From Azolla caroliniana (Eukaryota > Plantae > Polypodiophyta), in assembly GCA_043228905.1 (NCBI GenBank), contig JBHGNT010000009.1:12586001-12650000 (forward strand): a stretch of 64,000 nt of DNA, read 5' to 3'. The translations under genes and the position numbers were made by a program. Numbering within the stretch: the stretch's first letter is position 1; every line of letters begins with the position of its first letter. The notes beneath the pieces were generated by a model. The model was not told the DNA's origin. It saw only the letters and a program-made list of their open reading frames with translations, and ran no database searches. Of the stretch, positions 33,964-43,821 are shown piece by piece.

Positions 33964-36900
33964 TGTAGAAAGTAGTGTGCGGAAGCAGGTATGAAGACCG
34001 AACAAGAGGAAGGAAACTCAGGTTCAATGGAGAGCTTGAGCTTACACGGTATACGCAGGAGAGACAGAGAGAGTAGACACAAAAAAATATATTCAACAAT
34101 AATACTCCTGTCTGTACATAAGACGTGCTCAGTGAACACTTTTATACAAGTCCTAGAAGGACTGACCGAAGTACTGACAGTACTTCAATGCTCATCAAGA
34201 GCTCCTACACTAACTCCCAAATATATTCCGCACGGAATATCTTTCCTAACGACCTCCCGGTTTACGCACTCAGCCTAATCGATCGGTCCCAACCGATCCG
34301 GTCCTCGGCTTCTTCAGCCGATCCGGCCGATGTTGAGCTTGTCTCTGAACAATAAGGTTCTTCCACCATGAATACTTAGACGTCAAACAAAAGTTCGGTG
34401 TGAAGCTACACCCCGGCCTCCAATGTCAATGTCTTCATGGGGTCGGCATTGTGGCAAAGCAATACAATACCCTGCTCGCCGATTGCTCCCACAACGGGAA
34501 GTCTCTGTGTGTCGATTCGGGTGCCGCGTCATTAGCTCCTTCGACATAACTCCAGTAGCCATGCCCGAGCAGGTACTGGTGCATCTTGTAGGACCAAGAC
34601 GCGTAGTTGGTTCTGTCGAGCTTCTCTATTGGAAGCAAGCTCGCCATGCCTCTATCCATCGTTCTTCTTGTTCTTCTTCGTCAAGCTGTGTCGGCTGCAG
34701 AGAGGTTCTCAACCCTCGTGCTCTGATACCATGTAGAAAGTAGCGTGCGGAAGCAGGTATGAAGACCGAACAGAAGGAAGGAAACTCAGGTTCAATGGAG
34801 AGCTTGAGCTTACACGGTATACGCAGGAGAGACAGAGAGAGTAGACACAAAAAATATATTCAACAATAATACTCCTGTCTGTACATAAGACGTGCTCAGT
34901 GAACACTTTTATACAAGTCCTAGAAGGACTGATCGAAGTACTGACAGTACTTCAATGCTCATCAAGAGCTCCTACACTAACTCCCAAATATATTCCTCTC
35001 GGAATATCTTTCCTAACGACCTCCCGGTTTACGCACTCGGCCTAACCGATCGGTCCCAACCGATCCGGTCCTCGGCTTCTTCAGCTGATCCGGCCGATGT
35101 TGAGCTTGTCTCTCAACACTCCCCCTCAAGCTCCACTTGAGGCTCTTCAGGACCTTCACAGCGCCGGTTCCTCCTGGCTTCTCGCCTTGCTCGCGCTCCT
35201 CGACATGTTCGACTCCGCACACTTCGACCCTTCCGGTCGGCTTGTCTGCTCATGCGGCCTTTATCAGCTCTTCTGCTGTTGCGGTGTTGACGCTTCTCTT
35301 GCTACCTTTTCTTCCACTTGGGCCTCGGTTGATTCAGCGTATCTGAAATCAAACATCCGAACCGACTCGGCTACCTCCGATCGGTCTTCGCTCTCGTCCG
35401 AGTTGGCTGTCTCCAACTCATGTTCGGTCATCTCGCCCTCGATGGCGTCATCTTCCCCATGCGTGGTTGCCTTCGGCTCTCTCCTTCGGTTGCTCCCCTT
35501 CTGTCCGCTTCCGAACTTTTCCGCGGGTCCGCCCTCGGCTTCTTCAGCCGATCCGAAGTCGAACTTGACAACCGACTCGGTTTCGTGGTCTCCGCTCCTT
35601 TCCTGCTGCCTTGCTTGGTCGTTCGGGACCATTCTCCCCCTCAAGTTCGGCACATCAAGGTGACGCAATCCGAGCGCACCTGAGAATTGCCGCAACTTGT
35701 CTAGACCAAGAGGTTGGTGAAGATGTCGGCAGCCTGCCGATCCGTCGGAACGTACCGAAGTTCAACTTAACCAGAAAGGACACGCTCACGGACGAAATGG
35801 TAGTGCACCTCAATGTGCTTGTACCGTGCGTGGAAGACGGGTTTCTTCGCGAGTTGGATGCTGCTGAGGTTGTCGCAGTAGATCGTCGTCAGATCTGACA
35901 CCTCCTCTTGCAGGTCCGTAAGTAGCCGCTTCAACCATATGGCTTCGCATGTCGCGACAGCCGCTCCTCGGTACTCAGATTCGGTGCTCGACAGTGCAAT
36001 TGTCGGCTGCTTCTTACTGCTCCACGCGATCGCGGCACTCCCAAGGAAGAACGCGTATCCAGACATGGATCGGCGATTGGCGGCGTTGCCAGCCCAATCA
36101 GCATCGGTGTAGCCGACTAACTGCGCGGCTGCACCGGTCCGATATAGCAGTCCGCGGTCCTTAGTGCCGCTTACGTACCGAAGTACGCGTTGCGTACACT
36201 AAAGGTGCTCCTAGGTAGGTCGCGCCATGAACTGACTGATCACCCCGACCGAATAACTGAGGTCGGGTCAGGTGATGGTCAAGTATATGAGGCTTCTGAC
36301 AATTTGTCGGAACCTCCTCGGGTCGCATTCCTTTCCCGTATCGGGACGAAGCTTGACGGTTCTGTCCAGAGGAGTCGAGACGGACTTACAGTCGGCCATC
36401 TCGAGCTTGAAGAGCATACTCAGCACGTAATGACGTTGGCTGATCAATATGCCTTCGGGGGTACGGATCACTTCGATCCCGAGGAAGTAATGAAGGTCCC
36501 CCAGATCCTTCATGTCGAACGATGCCGCAAGCTGGAGCTTCACGCGGTCGATTTCACCTAGGTCGACGTCGGTGATGACCAAGTCATCAACATATAATAA
36601 AATACTAACCGGTCCGAGTCGACCTTTCCGGATGAACACGGAAGATTCCGATTTTGACGTTACGAAGCCCATCCGACGCAGTTGTTGTGTGATCTTTGCG
36701 TTCCACGCACGAGGGGCTTGCTTCAGTCCGTAAAGGGATTTCTTCAGTCGGCATACTACTTAGGAGTTCGTTCCGGAGTGAAATCCGGGGGGCTGTACCA
36801 TGTACACCTGTTCCTCAAGGTCACCTTGCAAGAACGAATTCTTTACATCCATCTGATGTAAGTGCTACTGCGAGCAAAACTACTGCGAGCAAAACACGGA

Positions 36901-39900
36901 CGATCGTCATTTTCGCGACCGGCGCAAACGTCTCATCGTAGTCGATGTCGTGTTTCTTAGCGTAGCCCTTTGCCACTAGCCAAGCCTTGTACCGGTTAAC
37001 GGAGCCATCGGTGTTGTACTTGACCTTGTACACCCACCTACACCCGATCGGTTTTACCCCTGTTGGTGCGTCAACCAGGTCCCAGGTCTCGTTCTCCGCC
37101 AATGCGTGCATCTCTTCCTCCATCGCGGCACGCCAATTCGCGTATTTAGCCGCTTCTGCGTAGCTCTCCGGCTCACGCACTTCCGCTACACGGGTCATGT
37201 ACGCATAATGATGCGCCATGTACTCGTTGTATCCGAACCACAAAACAGGATTCTTCTGGCGGGTAGATCGGCGTAATCTCACATTAGCCGATGTCGAGGC
37301 CTTCTCGGTCGATGCGGTCTTCACCTTTAAAGACCCGTCACCGGTTCCCTCGGAGTCAGACTCATGTCGGTCTGACTCGTTCCTATCCGTGCCGGAATCT
37401 GACACCTTCTTCTTCCCTTTCTCTTTGCGCGTAAGCCGTCTCCTCGGCTTCCTGCGCGGGGAATGCACGGCCGAGTCTCCACTACTCGCCGGCTCTTCAT
37501 CGGACTGGTCGTACCGACTCAGTCGTCCAATCGGTCCACTTAACCGGAGTGAAATCGGACTCTCGTCGCGGATCTCGATTTCGGGCTCATCTGGAGGTAT
37601 CTCGGCCTCGCTGACCTCATCGTCAGAGCTCGGATTTGAGTCGGGGTTCCGAGTCGAGCTGGTACCAGGACGCAGACTCTTTCCCGCCATCCGACCGCAG
37701 GCACTTGATCTTTCGTCCCGTTTCCGTTTCCACGAACCCTTTGAGGTCCCGAAAACAGTCGAAAACTTCGCTCTTCCTCTCAATTAGGTAGATCCACGTG
37801 TGCCGCGTGTGGTCGATGAAGCAGACGAAATATCGGCTCCTGCCAAGACTAACGTTTTGTGCCGGCCTCCATACATCGGAGTGTAAAAGGTCGAGCTTAT
37901 TCCGGCTCCGGTTTCGCTCATTTGGGAAGGGAAGTCGGTGTTACTTCCCGAGCTGGCAGGCTTCACAAATTTGTGCCTTTCGGCCACTAAATTTGGGCAA
38001 TCCGAATACTACCTGTTTCAATTGCAGATCTTGAAGCCGTTGGTGGTTGACGTGGCCTATCCACTTGTGCCACAAGTCGATGTCTGACTCGGTGTTTTGT
38101 CCCTTCACGAACATTTGCGGTGTCGCCGTTAGTGGAGTCGAGGATGAACATCCTCCCGTCTCTGCGCCCTTGCGCAATCACACGGCCTTCTTCCTCAATG
38201 AAGCACCCGAGGTGTGTAAACCGAACCTCCATCCCGTGGTCGACGATCTGTTTGACCGAGACCAAGTTTTTCGTGATTGTCAGGACGTGCAACACGTTCA
38301 TGAGTTTCCCTTTTTGCCCGACATGGCTAAGGGGAACTTCTCTGACATTCGCGATCGGATGCGGAGTGTCGTTTCTAGTTGCGACTACTCCAGGTTGTAT
38401 CGGTTTTTCAAGGTACGAGAACCACTCCTTATGGCTCGTCATGTGGTTTGACGCGCCAGAGTCTACGTACCACACCTCGTCCGATCTCGGGGTGGTCTGT
38501 TTCATTGAGTTTGCTTCGTGTCTCGTCACGAAGGCAGTCCCTTCTCCGGCTCTCCCGGAGTCTTCGGCGTAGTGCGATCGCTGCCGATTTCCCTTGTCGG
38601 TATGTCTGGAGCCGTTTCCGGATCCAGTTCTCTCCGAATCGGGGCGCTTCTTCCAGCACTCACTTTCCCTGTGGCCTTTCTTGCCACAGTACCAGCACTC
38701 CGTGATGGATTTCCCTTGCCGGTTCTCATCGTTTCGACTCCCCCTGTTTCCGGAGGATCCAGAGTTGCTGTCGCCATCAGTTTGGTGCCTTCTTCCTTGA
38801 TCTCGTCGGCCGCCTCCATTGCGCGCCGACTCGCCTCGTCCTCCACATCCACAAGGCCTATCTCCCTCCGTGTACAACATTCTGTTGTCGGTGTGCGTGC
38901 TTGTAGACGCACCGACGTGGTTCTCCTCTACCAGGAGCATTGACTGTAAGTAAAAAAAGAACGGCGTATTCTCCCGGGTACACACAGCCATTCGGAACGC
39001 TCCGAACTTCGACGCCAAACCTCCGAGACAGATCTGGACCATCTCGCTCTCCTCGATGTTCACCTCTATGGAGGTGAGGGAGTCGCAGATATCCTTGATC
39101 TTCGAGGTATAGTCCGCCATCGACAAGTCGCGTTGTCGTAGGTTGCTCAACTCCTGTCGGAGCTGAAGCTTCCTGGCTGTGGTGCTCGTGGCGAAAATCT
39201 TCTTCAGATTTTCCCACGCACCCTTCGGCGTCTTTGCATCCCGAACATAGCTCAATAGTTGTTCGCCCACACACGACGTGAAGCAGTACAATACCCTGCT
39301 CGCCGATTGTTCCCACAACGGGAAGTCTCTGTGTGTCGATTCGGGTGCCGTGTCATTAGCTCCTTCGACGTAACTCCAGTAGCCGTGCCCGAGTAGGTAC
39401 TGGTGCATCTTGTAGGACCAAGATGCGTAGTTGGTTCTGTCGAGCTTCTCTGTTGGAAGCGAGCTTGCCATGCCTCTATCCATCGTTCTTCTCGTTCTTC
39501 TTCGTCAAGCTGTGTCGGCTGTAGAGAGGTTCTCAACCCTCGCGCTCTGATACCATGTAGAAAGTAGCGTGCGGAAGCAGGTATGAAGACCGAACAGAAG
39601 GAAGGAAACTCAGATTCAATGGAGAGCTTGAGCTTACACGGTATACACAGGAGAGACAGAGAGAGTAGACACAAAAAAATATATTCAACAATAATACTCC
39701 TGTCTGTACATAAGACGTGCTCAACGAACACTTTTATACAAGTCCTAGAAGGACTGACCGAAGTACTGACAGTACTTCAATGCTCATCAAGAGCTCCTAC
39801 ACTATCTCCCAAATATATTCCTCAGGGAATATCTTTCCTAACGACCTCCCGGTTTACGCACTCAGCCTAACCGATCGGTCCCAACCGATCCGGTCCTCGG

Positions 39901-39943
39901 CTTCTTCAGCCGATCCAGCTGATGTTGAGCTTGTCTCTGAACA
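33964..39943 (-). mobile_element. Ty1/copia A3 with three LTRs (33964-34351, 34732-35118, 39556-39943)
   Basis: TSD ATAAG before 33964 and after both 34351 and 39943. PBS at 39545-39555 and 34721-34731; PPT at 35119-35129. Integrase core deleted near 37680. Confidence 0.93.
37987..39483 (-). CDS. A3 Gag-protease ORF (498 aa, frameshifted after the protease)
   Basis: EKLDRTNYASWS, CWYCGKKGHRESEC and WYVDSGASNHM. Confidence 0.85.
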   Translation of the reverse strand: MDRGMASSLPTEKLDRTNYASWSYKMHQYLLGHGYWSYVEGANDTAPESTHRDFPLWEQSASRVLYCFTSCVGEQLLSYVRDAKTPKGAWENLKKIFATSTTARKLQLRQELSNLRQRDLSMADYTSKIKDICDSLTSIEVNIEESEMVQICLGGLASKFGAFRMAVCTRENTPFFFYLQSMLLVEENHVGASTSTHTDNRMLYTEGDRPCGCGGRGESARNGGGRRDQGRRHQTDGDSNSGSSGNRGSRNDENRQGKSITECWYCGKKGHRESECWKKRPDSERTGSGNGSRHTDKGNRQRSHYAEDSGRAGEGTAFVTRHEANSMKQTTPRSDEVWYVDSGASNHMTSHKEWFSYLEKPIQPGVVATRNDTPHPIANVREVPLSHVGQKGKLMNVLHVLTITKNLVSVKQIVDHGMEVRFTHLGCFIEEEGRVIAQGRRDGRMFILDSTNGDTANVREGTKHRVRHRLVAQVDRPRQPPTASRSAIETGSIRIAQI

Positions 39944-41160
39944 ATAAGGTTCTTCCACCATGAATACTTAGACGTCAAACAAAAGTTCGGTGTGAAGCTA
40001 CACCCCGGCCTCCAATGTCAATGTCTTCATGGGGTCGGCATTGTGGTGGATGATAATGTTAAGTCGGATGGTCTTCGGATATATGAGTCTTGGTTTCAAC
40101 TTGCCTTCAAAGATGGAGAAGTATGGGACCTACAAGATCAAATATTCACAATGTGGGAGAATAAGGAGGTTAAGTGTCAACGACAAAAGAAATGTAAGGT
40201 ACACCCTCAACTGGAATTAAAGACACAAGCAGCCAAGAAAATTGATTTAACTATTGAGGAAGCGGCCGACGACATGAAGTTGTCTCTATGGAGAGCAATG
40301 CAAGGTATTAAGGAGGAGCAGCTTCTTGTGTCTGTTTTGTCAAGGGTTGTGGTGAAAGAATTAAGCCTTGAAGAAATGGTCACTGAGTTCAATAAGTAAG
40401 TCTTTCAAATAGTTAATTGAACTCAATATTGTTCAATCGAAAATTCTAATATCATTTTTTGATTCGAAAAGTCCTAAGTTTACATGAAGATCCAATAAGT
40501 TATGATGAAACAACTTGGATGCATAACTTGGGAACAAGTGACCGAGGATTATCCTATAACATCTTCATATAAGGCGTTATCCGAGTATTTTATTGCATTC
40601 AAGGATTGGGTTAGTATTGGTGTTTTTCATACAATTTTTCTTATATGTAGAGGATTTGTAATAATACTTGATGTCTTATTGCCTCTATTAGAAACCTTGT
40701 CGTGGCAAGAAACCTTTTAGGTTCAAACATTTCGAATGGCCTGTCGTGGCAAGAAACCTTGTCATCATACGACGATGAACCTTTTAGGTTCAAACAATTA
40801 GAGAAGATGGTCAAGGATTTTGCTAAGCTGACAACCGCATCCTTGTGGAGGATAGTTGTCTTTCATAGTATGGACCAAGGATACTCGGTAGCTCAAGCTT
40901 TGAGATCTCACTGCGATGGCATCGAGAACCTTGCATGGTAAGGATTATTTATAAGTCTCATTTACTATATTTCTTTCTTAATATTGTTGAGTCTATTCTT
41001 CACTTGATACAATATTTTCATAGGATAAAAACAAATGTCAATAGAGGGCCAACCTTTTGGTTCGTAAATGCCATTGAATATATTACGGTTGGCTACTTCG
41101 ATGAAATAAAGAAACAAAGAATCAAGGAGCATTCAAATGAAGTTGGAGGTTCATATCTGT
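39944..41160 (+). pseudogene. Intron-containing disrupted gene, putative N4-cytosine/N6-adenine DNA methyltransferase-like (upstream piece 33927-33963)
   Basis: The reading frame runs across the A3 TSD. Donors at 40396 (GTAAGT), 40610 (GTTAGT) and 40938 (GTAAGG). Intron 40938-41023 restores WRIVVFHS...IENLAW/IKTN...FVNAIEYITVGYF. Confidence 0.55.
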
Positions 41161-43295
41161 TGTTAATCCTTAGGGCCGGACAACAGCTTAACACAGGGTG
41201 TCCACTTAAGACACTTCACCAAAGGGTGTTATGGCGAGATAACTTACGACACAACGCTTAATTGGACCTTAATCGGTTACTTAGCAATACGTCATTAACA
41301 CGCGTAAGATATACAATAAACACAGAACGGTGAACAATACTCAATGATTAAACAAAAGGTTTATATTACTCTTCGTTAATGACTACATTGTAACCGGGCC
41401 TTTATATAGGTCACCGGTGCAAAGTACAAAACGGTGCCAACCGGCACCTATTCAAGATCGGTCCGGATCTGGATCGGCATACCGATTCTAGTCTGTCCGT
41501 CCACATGTTCTCTTATATTAATATATATATTAAGACTAGTAATTTCAACAGATTCCCAAATAACAATTCCCCTTTTCACACCCTGGTCTTTGCTGGCCGA
41601 GTAACACATGGCACGCCCGTGGGACAGTACCTTGTACGTCGAATCCCACACCGGCCCCTTACTCTTCGTTCAAGATATCCAAGATGCTTTGCTCCAGGGT
41701 CTCCAATGGCTCGACGAGAATCTGTTGTTGCTGTGGTGGCTGTTGTGACTCCGATTGTTGCTCTAGCACCGGCGTTTCCGTCATTGTTTTCTCCTTTGGA
41801 GTTATCTCTGGTTGACTTACCCCGGCCTGGTCCCCGTCTGGTCCTTGTACCGGCGACGGTTCCTCATCACTAAGGTTGACCGTTGCTGCCTGCCTTGCTT
41901 TTTCTTCCCTAAGCCGGGAACGCTCATAGCTCTCAAACTGGATTTGAGCATCCATCCGATCGTCGTCCAGGTGAGCTATGAGTTGTCGGACCTGCACCAC
42001 TTGCTCATCCGCCAAAGCTATGAAATCTTTTGCTAGCTCATCCTTTATGGCGGTGAAGTCCTCCGATGTGAGCATGTAACAGTCGTCACCTTCCTTCCGC
42101 CGGTTTTCCGCGTCTGCCCTGAGCAACTGGAGTTCAACCATATTCTGCGCCCATTTCATCCACCATCACATGGAGCTCTCTTCAATCAAGCATTTGGTCT
42201 TGTTTAGCCATGCCCATAGGATGCACTGGATCCGTTCCATTCCCATCTGTGAATTGTTCTCCATGGCTTGTCGCTCCTCTTTTAATTGCTTGATGATTCT
42301 AACCGTGTCCGCCTCCTACTCCCTATAATGCGACAATTGACTTTGATAGGTTGTTTACAACCTCTATAACACCATTGTCGCCCTCTCCTTTTCTTCATTG
42401 TGCTGCTTGTGGAGCTCCATCCGGTCCCTCGCCACTTCCTCCAATAGCTTTGTATTCTCAGCCCGTTCATCGGCGAGTGCCGTCGTGGCCCGATCAACTT
42501 CCTACCGGAGCTCGGCCATCCTTTCCTCCTATTGTTTATGCTCCGTGTCCAAGCTCTTAAAGTTCTGGTGCTGGTGGTCGAAGTCCTCTGTCTTCTGCTT
42601 CAGCCTCTGGTTGATTTGCCGGAGAGCGCGGTCTTCCCGGTCCTTTTGTTGACGGATTTCTTCTTTCAGCCTTTCGATTTCCGTTTCCGCCATCCGTCGC
42701 AGCTTGTCCTTCTCCTACAACAATTTTTCTTTTTCCTCTAGCCGGTCATAAGCTTGATGCCCTTTCCGCAGATTTTCTTCTGCTCGACAGAGGTTTTCAG
42801 CAATCTTCATTAACTCCTGTTCTGCCGCTTTCTTCAAATCTCGTTCGCGGCTCTGTAGTGCTTCTTGTGCGGCAAGTTCGTCCCTTAATTCGGCAAGATC
42901 TTGGGCTTCCACCGCATCTTTCTCTAGGACGGTTTTTGTCTCTGGGGTCTTATTCGTGTGTACAAGCGTGGTTGTTTCTTTATTCTGTACATCCACCGGA
43001 GTCACTAGTGCTTGGATCTGTGTTGCGGTTAAGGCCATTTTGGCCATGTCTTCTGTGACCCGATCCAAGTCTTGTTCAAGGCACCGGATCCTTGACCATG
43101 CCATCTCTAGTTCATCGGTTGTGACTAGCAACCGTTCCATCTGCGCTCGATCTTCCTTCTCTACATACAATATCACTCCGGCAACCTGCTCTCCTATCCA
43201 CCGGAGCCATTGGCTGCCAGTACCCTGTTGTTGCGTCTGCACGGAGGGTTGGCTGATGGGTTCACTTGCCAGTGGCCGGTCCCGCCTAATTGCGT
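41161..43295 (-). mobile_element. Ty3/gypsy B3, 3' LTR and extra-ORF C-terminus; the rest is displaced by C1
   Basis: LTR 41161-41606 resembles the B1 LTR; ORF pieces 41659-42159 and 42715-43290 are homologous to the B4 extra ORF. Confidence 0.9.
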
Positions 43296-43821
43296 TGTCG
43301 TAGTGTAATTCGCACACTACGTGAAAAATTACATTTTTGGTTTCTCCGGATGTTATTCTCTGGCCGGACAAGGCCTAACACAAGGTGTCACGGAGACACT
43401 TCACCAAAGGGTGATTACGGCATAGGATTCAGATTCAACGATTACACTGACTTACGTAGGTTACACGATTAGAATGCTTTGGTTAATTACACGCGTAAGA
43501 TATAACAGTAAGTACAGAACGGAAATCAACACAGAAGTATAAACACCATATGCTCTATTAATTATCCGCTGCGATTACAATGGGGTCCGGGCCTTTAAAT
43601 AGGTTTCCGGCCCGTAGTACAAAACGGTGCCTCTCGCACCTATTCGGGATCCGTCCGGATCTGGAACGGCATACCGTTTCCAGTCCGTCCGTCCACACTA
43701 TGCTTATTTACAACCATACTTAATTAATTCCTTCACTCCGTATTTTGGACTCCTTGCCGGCCGGTAACACATGGCACGCCCGTGGGACAGTACCTTGTAC
43801 GTCGAACCCTTCTCGGCCCCT

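Noticed and set aside
40651-40720. IILDVLLP as the methyltransferase catalytic motif
   Set aside because: It lacks the PPY/PY residues and sits beside a rearranged duplicated segment, so it cannot be assigned.
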